Origin: Nemertoderma westbladi
Lineage: Eukaryota; Animalia; Xenacoelomorpha
Reading direction: 5' to 3'
Assembly (NCBI GenBank): GCA_032718475.1
Contig: JAUCBJ010006289.1
Span: forward strand, 15,675 to 79,674
DNA length: 64,000 nucleotides
Under the pieces are notes generated by a model. It had not been told where the DNA came from. It worked only from the letters and a program-made list of their open reading frames with translations, and did not search any database. Below are positions 27,190-39,690 of this stretch, piece after piece. Within the stretch, counting starts at the first letter, position 1. Every line of letters begins with the position of its first letter. A program made the position numbers and the translations under genes.

Positions 27190-27576
27190 GGACGACATAA
27201 ATAAATTAAGTGGGACAATAATAATTCAAGAGCGATATAATAATTCAAGGGCGAGATAATTAAATCAAGTGCGGCATAATATATTCAAAATCGACATTAA
27301 TAAATCAAGACCGACATATAAATAAATCAAGAGGGACATGAATAAGTTCAAGACCGATGTAAATAAATTAAAGACCGACATAATTAATCAAGAATAAAAA
27401 TACCAGGTCCATAGGTGCCACATCAAAATTTGGCCCCCAACACAAATTTTTTTGAAATTTTAGAATTTTACAAGGTCAGTTGTGAGGTCGTAATTATTTA
27501 TGTTGTGGCTGTTTTTTTATTGATTTTGATTGGTATGGAGCCTTCTACTACTCTATATATGTGTGTAAGTGTAGTG

Positions 27577-28638
27577 GTAGGGGAAGCGGGGGCATTAAGG
27601 GACACACTTTAGTGATTTCCGTTATAAGTTATCCTGTAGGCCTTTCATTTCAACTTTAATGGTATGGAAGGCTTAGCGGGGTGTTTTTTTAAGTTTTCAG
27701 TGTCCCCTAATGCCCACTTATATAGTTAATGATATACAATATTTTTTAAAAATCTTATCCTCGTCCGGATTAATACCCACCCACTATTTATTTTTAAAAA
27801 ATTCACCTTTGACCCAAAATTGACAAATTTATGGGACATAAAAGAATAGCACATTATACACAGTTATAAATTGTATAATTCAGTAATTACTAAAGTATCT
27901 ATAGGCCTATGGCTATACCAACATTGATACATCAGTCTGTAAGTATATACATATAACGGGACATTATAAATTGAAGCCGCTTCTCTGAGAGTGAGAGTTG
28001 GATTCGATTTATAGGCTTTTAGCGCGTCGACTAGCTGTGGGTTTATACGCTCCTTGACTCTCTTCCCTTTAGAACAACCACGAGACTTCCCAACTTTGTA
28101 ACGCTTAACCATGGTCAATCTAGATACCGGTATGTCTTGGCGAATAAGCTAATAAGCCTAGCTAAAGTGAGTACTGGAGTATGTGTTTCTGAATAAAGGT
28201 TTAAGTGACAGTGCCATTGACCCTTAATGCCCACAAAATGCGAAAAAATACTCAATAGTTAAAAAGCCATTTCAACATGAAATTATATTTAAAATTTTTA
28301 AAAACAATAAAAAATAGGCTATTTTAATGTTGTTTCCACAAAATGAAACCAAGATTGACCTATTTAGTGATGGTTAGGCTGTGTGGCCGGGGCCAAAACT
28401 ATTGACTCCAAAGTTTTAGGGAAACTTTATTGTATCAATTACAAAAGTAGTTTTAGATATTGAAATTTAGTTGCATAATTGAAAACAGTAATATATTGAT
28501 TATGTAGTATTTGGATAGGGCTCTAATCTGTAGCCAATTTGAATTAAAAAAAATTATTTTTATTTCAAGGGACAGGGCCATGAAAACAAAATTTTGTCCC
28601 TTAATGCCCTCTGTCCCTTAATGAACCCCTTCCCCTAC
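27577..28638 (-). mobile_element. Internally deleted TIR DNA transposon (pogo-like) retaining a pipsqueak HTH
   Basis: TIRs gtaggggaagcgggggcattaagggaca / tgtcccttaatgaaccccttcccctac; ORF 27864-28118 ALKAYKSNPTLTLREAASIYNVP. Confidence 0.75.
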
Positions 28639-28639
28639 T

Positions 28640-29340
28640 TCAAATTTTCAAAATTGCAATATTCTGTAAATACTCTAAAGTGTTGATTTCAACACATGGG
28701 TTTTTTGGACCGCTGCATCTATTTGAAATTAATATAGAAGCATCAAATATAGTGGCGTGGCACTTCAAAATTTCAAAATACAATATTCGGAAACTACCAC
28801 AAAGTTTTCATTTAAACCCATTTTTATATGTTTTCTGGACCGTAGAATCGATTGAAAGTAATATAGAAGCCCTAGGAGTACGTCATTTTTGGTTCACCAA
28901 AATTAGGGCATGGCACTTCACAAATTTTCAAAATTACGATATTCAGAGAATACACCAAAGTTATGATTTCATTGTATTTTTATAGGTTTTCTGGAGCGCT
29001 AAATCGATTGAAAGTACAGTAATATTGAATCATCAAGTCTTACGGCTTTGCACTTTTTCAAAATTTGAAGTGCCGCTAATCCTAATTTTGGTTCACCAAA
29101 AATGACAAACCACTACGTCTTTATACTTTCAATTGATTCAGCAGTTCAGAAACTTATAAAAATGCGTTGAAATCTCAACTTTGGTGTTTTTTCCGAATCT
29201 CGTATTTTTCAAAATTTGAAGTGCCACGCCCTAATTTTGGTGCTCAAAAAATGACAAACCACTAAGTCTTCAGGCTTCTTTCTATATTACTTTCAATCGA
29301 TTCAGAAGTCCAGAAAACCCATAAAAAGGCGTTGAAATGG
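28640..29340. repeat. Diverged ~150-bp units in tandem then inverted orientation (MITE internal repeats)
   Basis: ggcacttca..aattt.caaaa / ttttctgga..gcta.atcgattgaaagta units forward to ~29040, then reverse complements at 29055-29340. Confidence 0.65.
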
Positions 29341-30343
29341 GGGCATTTTCCCTTGGATGTTTTTTTATTTTTTGTAACCTTTGACTTCGAGGTTCTCGAA
29401 CAAGACTGCAGCAACGGAGACTGTACTGGAGGTATTTGACTTTCTGTTGCAGATATATTTCTTAACAGATTGGTAGGCATTTGTTTTTTTTTCGCTTTCA
29501 AGTGTGCTAGCCATTGCATCGTGATACTTATTATAGTTTATTACAGGTTATACTCAGTTGTTTATTTGAACCTCAGAAATTTGGGACCTGGATGTAATGC
29601 TGTTTTATAATTTGGGCATGAACATGTTGAAGGCTCTTATGCTGGATCGAGAGTACAATTTTCGATGTGGCTGTCCCCGCCATCTGTCTTTATCCAAATA
29701 TACACCAGATTATTGTATTGAAACAAGTTAACTTATCAATTGTCGGCACTAGTAAAGCAAAAGATAGATTTTTTATAATATAAATTTTGGGCTAGAGTTC
29801 CGTATAGCACTACATTTTTAAAACTGATGTCATTGTTACTATAAATATAGAACCATATAAAAGTATTATATATTATTCTTCGAACATAAATAATAATTAA
29901 AAAATAATGTTCTAGAAAATATAGCTAGTTTTTTTTATTTTTAAATAGCTAGTAAATTTTAAAAAATATTCAGTTTGGTAGATAAATTTTTTAATAAAAA
30001 ATAATATAAATAAATATAATTTTTTGTATTACTAGATATTTTAAATTTGAAAAATAGCTAGCTTTATGTTCTAGAACATTATATATTTTATATTATTTAT
30101 GATTTAGAATAGTGTATAATACATAATAGTCAAGTAGACAGTGGCAACCACCGTTCAAATTGGGAATGACTGCAGTTTTTTTTGCTGAAAATGTTAACTT
30201 GTATAAACCATTTGAAATTATGTTATATTTCACATAGTCCGCATTGAGCAATTTTTTCTAGAACACTATTTATCTTAAAAAAAAAAAAAAAACATTAATT
30301 TAATTAATTAATTATTATTATTAATTAATTAACCATTATTTAA

Positions 30344-30377
30344 TGTCCGAGTTCGCTCGACCTAGTAGTAGTAGTAT
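30344..30377 (+). mobile_element. Helitron-type 3' terminus (hairpin + CTAG) followed by (TAG)n
   Basis: tgtccgagttcgctcgacCTAGtagtagtagtat; exact reverse complement of 3291-3324. Confidence 0.65.
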
Positions 30378-30840
30378 TTATCTTAACGACAGATGTTTTA
30401 CATAGCAACAATAATGAAATAACATGCAAGGGTATATTTATCTATTTAGACACTGGTCGGTCAATCATAAATAAGGAGAATCTAAGCTCGAGAAAATAAA
30501 AACTTAAGGAATAAGTATTATGTTTGAAGTTAGGAGTTACAAATTTTTCAACATTGCAGTGTTATGGCAAACACAGTTACAGGCAGTGAACTTGTAATAC
30601 ATACAAGGCTCGGTCGGTGTGCAATTTGGAGCTCATCACTGTGGCCAAGTAATTCACAGACATACCTCTCTCTCAGGAATACAAGCTGTCAGCTCGCTAA
30701 CTCTCTCTAGACATGTATCCTCAAGAACTGGTGGAAATATGTTAATTCGAATGTGGACTTTGTGGTCGATGCATTTATGGACAGAATGGCGCAGGTTTAT
30801 CCTTAACGAAGTAGCAGTGGTTACCCAAACTGAGATGTGG

Positions 30841-31680
30841 GGCGAGCCACGAAGTGAGTGAGCCTTAGCGTAGTGGTACCATTAATCAACCTGTCGTTCT
30901 GTCGTTCTGTCGTTCTGTCGTTCTGTCGTGTTCAATTTTAAACGTTAATAACTCGGCTAATCTTTGATGAAATCTATCCAAACTTGGTACACATGTTGTT
31001 TGGCAAAAGTTTAGAAATTTTCCAAGTAGAATTTCCGTGTGGCCTTCGAGAAGCTAAGATAATAGCAGTTAATTAGTTAATTAAGTTATTACGGTAAAAA
31101 CACCATTTTCAACCTGCCTTTTAAAGGAAATTAATTGTTTTACAGTAAAAGATTTAAATAATTATAATTAAAAATTATACAGATGTAATCCCCATACGCC
31201 ATTCTATTATAGTTTTTAATTAGTTCAAGTGATTTGCTTTAATAATTGTGTCTTTGATAATTAATTTAATTGAATTTTTGCAAAGTAGTAAAATTAATGT
31301 TCTTAAAAATAATATTATTATTTTATATGTAACCTAGGAAATTAGCTACATTTTTTCGCTGCAGCTTTAAGAGTGTACATTAATTTAATATTATTTCAAT
31401 ACCCATATTACTACATCGGCATAAGATGCGTTGGCGTTGTATCACCCATCTCCACATATCACACATATCCACATAGATGTATCAACAGTTACTCGCACAG
31501 TTTCGAAACTTCGCATATAGTTATAACTGTATAAAGATCGTCAGTCTGCGTTTAGGAAAAATATTTTATAACAAAACAGGACAAGCGACGAGCGCAACGA
31601 GGCATATAATGAAGACGAGTACTGCGTTGACTAAATTATTATATAAACCACCTGGCTTCACATATTGATCGCATCCCTAG
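30841..31680 (+). mobile_element. HINE/DINE-like non-autonomous rolling-circle element
   Basis: gcgagccacgaagtgagtgagc, (CTGTCGTT)n microsatellite at 30891-30928, aaacttggtacacatg core, ends ...ctag|ttattattat. Boundaries approximate. Confidence 0.5.
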
Positions 31681-32879
31681 TTATTATTATTATAAAGAAC
31701 GTCCTAGCCTGCGTTTAAGAAATATATTTAAATACAAAACAGGACGAACGCAACGAGGCTTATACTGAATACGAGTACTGCGTTTATTATATTCCTATAA
31801 ACCATCTGGCTTTGCATATTGAACGTGCGATTGGAAATAAGTTCGTGCTACCCTTCCGTGGGTGGTAGATGTCGCGGTTATGTATTGGTGGTTGGGAAGG
31901 GTGGGGGGGGGGGGGGGGGAGAGATTAAAAGGGGTAAACACGTACTGTCCCCCTTTCTTTGATTGATTGGTGGTGTGGGTAAATTTCTCAAAACCTGATT
32001 TTGTGATACAGTCGCTCAATTTTAATTTGTATCTCATAACTGGGCCTCGTGCTGCGCGAAGGCCCCACGAACGTGTTATTTCTGTAAGGTGATGTTCGGT
32101 ATTACCAGTGGACCGTGAAATGAAAGGTGAAGGAATGTCGATGAAACAACTTCTGCATTTGCAGTAATTACTCATAGTTAATGTTGGATAATATATTTAT
32201 TTACACGTTATCACAGTCCTTGTTCGCACACTTGTAATAAAAATCAAGCCCAATTTAATGTAATAAAGCCCAATTTATAAATTGCTGCCACATCCAACCA
32301 AAGTTTGTAGGCTATAGTGGCGGATGCCGGCTACATACAGCCGCTCTCCAGAATAATACTTACGAGCTCGCTCTTCTTATATTCTTGACTGCTGCAGTAT
32401 CCGTTAAATGTAAACTTCATATCTGAAATAAATAATACTTCCATTATATTTTGTGCAAGATATTTCGCAATGCTAGGTTACCTTTGCAGAAATTAAAAGT
32501 TCGAATAAAAAGTTCTAGGAATTAGAATAATATTATGAATATCCAGTCGGTCGAAGACGAACTGAAGGCATCTCTTCGAAAATAGGGAGGGACTTTAGTC
32601 GCAATCAAAATTCATCCCTCTCCAGGGAAAATCGACGCAAATAACAGCTGGTTACTCTCAAAAGTAAAACTGTTACCTGTTCTATTGACTTTCGTTTATT
32701 GTTTTGGTTAGAATAATGTGCCACTGTAACATTCTTCTTTCACTAAATTGGTAATTTTTATATTGAGACAACATATTAATTCGCTGAGATGGGATTTACA
32801 TCCCATTTGTTTCCCCCTCTCCTGTCTCCCTCTTCAATAGCTGCTACCCGACGGTAGGACTGGTGCTACTCCTATCCCA

Positions 32880-32940
32880 AGGTTTGCTCCCAGTAATTCA
32901 ACAGGTACTCATTTTATCGACCCCTGTGGATGAAAGAAGG
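32880..32940 (-). mobile_element. SINE central-domain fragment
   Basis: caggtactcattttatcgacccc..ggatgaaag resembles the reverse complement of a widespread metazoan SINE core (recalled). Confidence 0.4.
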
Positions 32941-32974
32941 TAGAGAAGAATGAGAACCAACCTGTTGAAACTTA

Positions 32975-33230
32975 GAAAGACACTAAAGATTTCTACAAAG
33001 AACGCCCGCACTCTAAAACTGCTTAGTAAACATTATTATAGCTCTGGCAATGGAATATAATATCGACATCATTTGTATTCAAGAATATCACATTTGTCAT
33101 GAGACATTGCCATCAAGTATAATGAATGACATTTGAAATGAAAGGTCCTAATTGGTTCGGATTACAGAATCGTGACTGCGGAGATCAGACTCAGTTTGAG
33201 AGCCAGCAAACCCAGGACAAGCAAGCGAAT
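32975..33230 (+). pseudogene. Internally deleted RTE-like APE endonuclease fragment
   Basis: KISTKNARTL...NIDIICIQEYH and GSDYRIVTAEIRLSLR (start and end motifs of APE). Confidence 0.55.
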
Positions 33231-34097
33231 CAACAATCAACTATGCCTGGGAGAAACTCAGAACTGACAATAATGTAGTAAAGGAAGCTTACACAGTAGA
33301 AGTTCAAAACCGCAAGAGAGAAGCTCTTAAGATACTCCAAAGTAAAACAGAACAACCAACAGCCGAAAACATCAACAAGGTTGAGAAAGCTATACAGCTT
33401 GGGCAGCCAGAACCCCGCCCCATTACTAACTGCAGTATTACAGTAATAGTTTATTACAGTAGTAGTATTAGCAGTTGTAGTAGTAGTACTAACAGCAGTA
33501 TTATGATATAAGTGCGCTATGATTCCATTTGCCACTACACTTTTTAAACATTATTCATTGTTACTATGGCAACAATAATAGTTATAGAACACCATATAAA
33601 TGTTATTTAACTATTCTAGAACATAAATAAAATGAAAAATATTATGTTCTAGAACGTGTACCTAGTTATTTTTTAATTTTAAATTAGCTATTAATTTTAA
33701 AAAAATTCAGATTTCAACTAAATTGTTTCAACTAAATTGTCTAAAAAATTTTATTGGATGGAGACGTTTTTAAATTCTTCGTATCGCGGCAATCTTGTTT
33801 CGCAAATGGCAAAAGTCCTTTCTCATATTGCTATCGCTGCATTTTATCACGGGTTTCCAACTTTTGGATCTATTGCCTTACATAAGGCGGTAGATCCAGA
33901 TAAGGCAATCTTTCTCAAAACTAAATGTCACTATTAATCACAATTTTTTTAATTATGTTAGCCAATGCACTCATCTCCTCCAACTCTCTTTATGGCCCTT
34001 TTCATTGCCTAAATGTAGCCTATTACTGCAATGTTTTGAAATATGTGTTGCATTAAACATAATATTCTAGAATGTGTAATGTTGTTGCTAACACATT

Positions 34098-35160
34098 CCG
34101 TAAGCCAGGGTTACTTTGAACGATTTCAGCCTATTGCATTGTCTGGAATCGAATAGTCTGAATGTACTGATAAGTTTGCAAATGCAATAGAACATTTCAC
34201 TATTAGGCTATAGGTACCTCATATAACCTTTGGGTTATTGGGTACCTAGAGCCTTTTTTTTATAACTCAAAGTTTGTTCAAAGTACCCCATCTTTTGGGG
34301 TTACTTTGAACAGTAATAGTATTGAATGTATGTTCAATATTAAACAAACACAGTGGTTACATGAACATATTTATATGTTTTAAAAAATAATTGAGGGGTT
34401 TACACCCCTCAAAGAAATCAATAGTCACTGTCCTCAATGTCCTCATCAGCCCAGTTATCACTATCAATGGCCTCATCAGTCCAGTCATCACTACCAATGG
34501 CCCCATTGGTGTCCTCATCACTCCCACTACTGGCCTCACCAGTTCCATCAACAGCTTCATCAGTCATCTCATCATAAAATTCATCATTATTTGAGTCTTC
34601 TTTAGTGGTACTCTTTCCTTCACCTTTGCTGGCTTGTGTCCTATGTTGTGCCCTCTTCCTCTTATTCTTACCAGCTTGTTCGTGTTCAGGTTGAGGACTA
34701 GACTGCTGTAAATCGCTGATTTGTACAGCTTTTCTGTGTATCACCTTTCTTCCCCGACGTTTTCGCACCTGACCCTCACCCTGTCCACGATTCTTTCTAA
34801 GTATGTCGATCACCGTCTCATTGAGTATGTCCACATTAGCTGCCTCTGGTCTGGTTTTGTCAGGGATACGTTTCAAAACTTGGGATCGATCAATAGGTGA
34901 TAATCCAGTTGCCTTAAATCCACCAATATTGCTACCATTAACTTCTATGGCGTTTATGAGCCTCTTCAATAGCCCAGGGAATTGTGGATTAGGTACTGTT
35001 CCCTTTGAACGACATTCCGTTCTTCACTTCATCAAGATGGCCCGTCAGTGTACTTTCAATGGGCGAAAAAAAGCTACATCCAGTGGCTGCATTATGTGTA
35101 TGCAGTTTGGCACAATTGGTATTATCTTAATGTTAGGCTCTCTTATAGTTTGCCGTGCCA
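34098..35160 (-). mobile_element. 3' half of a pogo-like DNA transposon with terminal repeat
   Basis: VPNCIHIMQPLDVAFFRPLK...FPGLL...GFKATGLSPID followed by an acidic tail; TIR-like ccgtaagccagggttactttgaac at 34098 with subterminal copies. Confidence 0.75.
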
Positions 35161-35892
35161 CCTATATATACAACATAATTCTATTTAGATTGTAATATAC
35201 TCTACGAACAATTACATTTTGTTACGTTTAACTTTTTTATACTAGCTAGTTTTTGTTTCTTTTTTTTAAATGTTCTAGAACTAGCACTAGCTAATTTGTT
35301 AATTATTTTAATTTTTTATTGTATGTTATCTTTGTATAATTTTTACTAGAATATTTTTACTAGAAAGGCATTTCCTAAAGGAAATGCAACCACGAAGCTA
35401 AGGAAAATTAAACACACTTTGACTCATCAGTTCATTGGTTTACCTAGTTAAGTCATAGGTCTTAATTAAACTCCAATCACCATGGCAACTGGAGTTTTCT
35501 AGAACTGCTTGGTTTTACATTAAGATCCAGTTTGTAGTTCCGTGACACAAATTGACTTCGAGGAAGTTTCATTGAGTAGCTGATGTCCAAAATTAAAGAT
35601 GTATTTTTGTTAAAACATCAGTTTGCAGTGGTTGTCTTGGAAACTGATGAATATAACAACGTTAATTGGATGCAGAATAAGTGATATAGTGGGGGTAGGG
35701 GTTGGTCCCAAGTCGTAATATCTTAATGTTATGGTTTAAATAATCATTTTATAAATTTGAACATCTGTTTAGCCTGGTTGCCCTGGTAACTAAATTTTCT
35801 AATTGACCTCAATAAGTGAAACTATTGTCCTTATCATTGAGTTGAAAAATTTAAAGTTTCGATCTAATGTAAAATTCAAACGTCGAATTCAT

Positions 35893-36116
35893 GTTTCTGC
35901 ACATATTATTGGGAACATACTTACCGTGTTCTGCGCCTAATGTTGGAAACATACTTACCGTGTTCTGCGCCTATTGTTGGAAACATACTTACTGTGTTCT
36001 GCGCCTATTGTTGAGAACATACTTACCGTATTCTGCACATATTATTGGGAACATACTTACCGTGTTCTGGTCTATTATTGAGAACATATTTACCGTGTCC
36101 TGTGCCTATTATTGAG
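35893..36116. repeat. Minisatellite, ~34-bp unit, ~6.5 copies
   Basis: tattgttggaaacatacttaccgtgttctgcgcc variants. Confidence 0.9.
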
Positions 36117-37224
36117 AAATGAGATTGATTCAAACACATGAAAAATTACATTCAAGGAACAGCTATTTACATTGCTTCAAACACATGTAAAATTACATAC
36201 AACATCTATTTACATAGCTTCAAACACTTAAATTAAGAATGTTTAGTAGCGAAAAATGCAATTGATTTGTAAATAAATAGAACGAAGTTTTAACTTCAAT
36301 TAATAACAAAAAGCACAAATATGTGAATATTACATTCGGGAACAGTTTGGACCCATTCTAACTATACACCAGGACCCGTAATATAGTGTCATTTTCTGAT
36401 GACACGGACCCCCCCCCCCCCCCCCCCCCCCCCCGTTTTTTTATACAAATCTTTATCATATTGTTTGAAATTTGAAACGCAACTAGTTCAACTCACCGTG
36501 GTTGTTACCATGAAGCCGGAATTTTCAATTTCGCCTTTAAATTTTATTTATAAGCGTTTTAAAAAACATGATAATATTCATTTACAAATTGGTCAAAAAG
36601 TGGGCACCCAGGACACACTAATGCCTATATAATAATGGTGGTTAATATATAAATGACCCAAATCTAAATTACCATGAATATAATGCAAGGAGCAAGCTAA
36701 ATTCAAAATTGCAATGTAAAACAAACTAGCTTTAATTCAAACAATAGTGTTCAACAATGTTTATATTAGTTGTCATGGAAACGCATTAAGCTCCTTTAGG
36801 AAATTTGCTTTGTCATACTGTATACTAAATAACTTGCTCCACTTACAGGACCGTTTTAGAATATATTTTAAGGGGGTTGGGTGGAGGGAGAAGTAGATAA
36901 TGAATGTGATGTACTCAAGGACAACTCTACTACTACTAATTCTAGTAGAGTTTTCCTTGGATGTACTACTAATGAATGTTTATTTCTGGACCATTTCACA
37001 ATAAGTTCTATCATATGTTTCAACACATGCAGTGTCCCTGAAACTTTCCTTGTTTACCGGTAGATTAAGTGAATATTAATGATTTTTATATTAAAACAAC
37101 TGTTTGAAGCGGTTGTCATGGAAACAGAAAAATTGAAAAATTTAATTAGGATGCAGAATAAGTGCTATTGCGGGGTAGGCGATGCTCCTATAGAATAAGT
37201 CATAATATATTTTATAATTTAATT

Positions 37225-37278
37225 AGTGTTTCGTCCGGCATCAGGACTCATCAGCAGTACTGCCATGTACTGGACACC
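37225..37278 (-). ncRNA. Type III hammerhead ribozyme
   Basis: Minus strand GGUGUC-CAGUAC(AUGGCA)GUACUG-CUGAUGA-GUCC(UGAUGCC)GGAC-GAA-ACACU. All core nucleotides, GUC cleavage triplet and three pairing stems are present. Confidence 0.9.
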
Positions 37279-37504
37279 TGGGATAGCAAAGGGCGCCCTG
37301 CTTCTGCTAGCGGACTACAGTACGTAGGGTAGGTAGGATGCGGCTACGTCCAAAATGAGGGAACATACAGCCAAAGGTTAGAAAACCAAAGGGTTCGTGT
37401 CAAGTAGTCGAAATTCACATAAGTTAGCATATAGCTTTCACATGTCCATATAATGCTATGTTTATAAAATGCTTTCCGTTCACATTGGAAGGGGAGGGGG
37501 CCAA

Positions 37505-37980
37505 GTCTTTGTTCTTCAGTCTTCATTCTTCATTCTTCAGTCTCCGTTCTTCATTCTTCGTTCTTCACTCCTCATTAATCAGTCTTCGTTCTTCAGTCCT
37601 CATTCTTCAGTCTTCGTTCTGCAGTCTTCATTCTTCAGTCTTCATTCTTCAGTCCTCATTCTTCAGTCTTCGTTCTGCAGTCTTCATTCTGCAGTCTTCG
37701 TTATTCAGTCCTCATTCTTCAGTCTTAGTTCTGGAGTCTTCGTTCTTCAGTCTTCGTTCTTCAGTCCTCATTCTTCAGACTTCATTCTGCAGTCTTCGTT
37801 CTTCAGTCTTCGTTCTTCAGTCCTCATTCTTCAGTCTTCGTTCTTCAGTCCTCATTTGTCAGTCTTCGTTCTTCAGTCTTCGTTCTTCAGTCTTCGTTCT
37901 TCAGTCCTCATTCTACAGTCTTCGTTCTTCAGTCTCCATTCTTCGTTCTTCACTCCTCATACTTCAGTCTTCAGTCTTCA
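37505..37980. repeat. 14-bp tandem repeat
   Basis: (cagtcttcgttctt)n / (cagtcctcattctt)n, about 33 copies. Confidence 0.95.
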
Positions 37981-37984
37981 GACA

Positions 37985-38150
37985 AACGTTGTAGGGGTTG
38001 TTGACCGAGCAACTGACGTTGTAGGGGTAGCAGACCGAGCAACCAATGTTGTAGGGGCACTGACTGAGTGACCAATGGTGTAGGGGTCGTTGACCAAGTG
38101 AACGACGTTGTAGCGGTCACCGACCAAGCACCGACATTGTAGTTGTCAAC
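37985..38150. repeat. ~30-bp diverged tandem repeat, ~5 copies
   Basis: gttgtagggg...gaccgagcaac units. Confidence 0.8.
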
Positions 38151-38780
38151 CCCAGTTCCCTAGGCTGGTAATGCCTAGGCTTAATAACTCGATCCGTGTT
38201 GGACAATTAAACATTTGTCATTTTTGTAATTGAAACATGCTCAAAAATAGTAGAAATACACTTAAAATAATTGAAATATGCGCAATACATTTCACTATGA
38301 GTCGGTCGCAGAAATGATAGAAGATTACATATGTCGAATCTGGATGAGGTATCAATCCAGGGGGAACACATGGTAGACATTAGGTAGTCGATAACATCTT
38401 TGTTGGTTGTCAAAACATTGATATTTATATGTATTTATATATATATTTCATCATCAAATATGAATGATCTACATTAGCTCTCATTAATAGTCCCATTGTC
38501 GTATCTCATCTTCTTTCATATTCAAATTATGTTTTATAATTAATCCTACTACCGGTACTTAATCCTGAGCGTAACAAACTCAAGGATGAAGTCTGCTATA
38601 CTACTAAAAATACTACTACTATGTCATGCGAGCTCAGACAAAAGTCTTTTATAACAAAATCCCTGCCAGAAAATACTGTTTAATTGAAAACTTAAAAAAT
38701 ACATGTATATATCATATTTGTAATAATGGTAAATCCATAATATTCTGATAACACATATAAAAAAATGGAAAAATCTAGAT

Positions 38781-39690
38781 TTATGTATTCATTTCATATA
38801 AAATAACTCTTGATTTGGTACATATAATTTTTTTAGCAGAATCCCATGTCAACTTAGTCACTATTTTATCATCAAAACGTATCCAGTTAGAATTTGAATT
38901 CCCTCTTACTATCGCAATATATTGACCTGCTGATGAAGTTTGTCCTAGGTGAATTATGGCAGAATTTAAAGTGAACTTGTGATATGTTTTAGTTTTCACT
39001 TCCTACAGAGAGATTTCTGTTGGTGTGATAAGTTTTGTTGTAGATCTTAATGGTTGATTTTCATTTGCATAGCGTTCAACCCGGATATATATTACATGTG
39101 GAAGTATATAATATCCATTGGAAGAATTATGCACAAAATTACCACATAAAGCACATCTATGATCGTCAGCATAAATCACCCCTATGTTTGTATTACTGTA
39201 GGTAATTGCATCTTTTAAATCTATGATGGACAAATGCAAATGCTGTAAACAAAATATTGATGTAGATTGTGCCTTTATTAAGTAGTGTATCTCTTGCATT
39301 GGTGTTATTTTGGCAGACATCTCTTTTACATTCCACACCAGAAATAATTTTCATTTTATTTTCGATTGGCATACCCATACACATTATATGTGCAATGAAT
39401 GCACGGAGACATTCATCCGCATCATATTGATAGTTAAAATGCCAATCAGGTAACAGTTGCTGTATCATGTCAATTAGCGATATCATTGTACCTTCATCTA
39501 CGTCATCATCTAACTGTGACAAACCTCTAAGTATCTTCCAAAATATTTGGAAAATGCATGGATATTGGCATGCTTCAGGCTCACAATAATGTATCTCATT
39601 TATTTTCAGAGCTTGTTGGATTTGATGTAAATTAAATAATGATATGATACTTGAATTTATGAAACAAGTATTGCCCAAATTTTTCAACCC
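38781..39690 (-). pseudogene. Ubiquitin-specific protease (peptidase C19) domain at the Helitron polyprotein C-terminus
   Basis: Cys box GLKNLGNTCFINS, QYDADECL, Cys pairs, His box AIIHLG..SAGQYIA (GHY changed to GQY), WIRFDD, ILYE; split by frameshifts. Confidence 0.85.

Larger units (their letters stand above)
21942..27405. mobile_element. Foldback-type element with long inverted arms; right arm split by the Gypsy insertion
   Basis: Left arm 21942-22401 is the reverse complement of 22597-23015 plus 27190-27405. Outer parts are built of ~21-bp cttga(a/t)ttatt units; 195-bp spacer. Confidence 0.85.

Noticed and set aside
29340-29720. Possible pogo transposase remnant (DGGDSHI on the minus strand)
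   Set aside because: Only one weak motif; too degraded to support
3291-30377. 34-bp perfect inverted repeat as TIRs of a 27-kb giant element such as a Polinton
   Set aside because: No TSD, no pPolB, capsid or packaging ATPase inside, and the (AGT)n orientation is wrong for Polinton ends. A third copy lies 3' of a RepHel frame, so independent Helitron 3' ends explain it better.
37458-38071. Ser/Phe/Leu-rich ORFs
   Set aside because: Translations of a 14-bp tandem repeat
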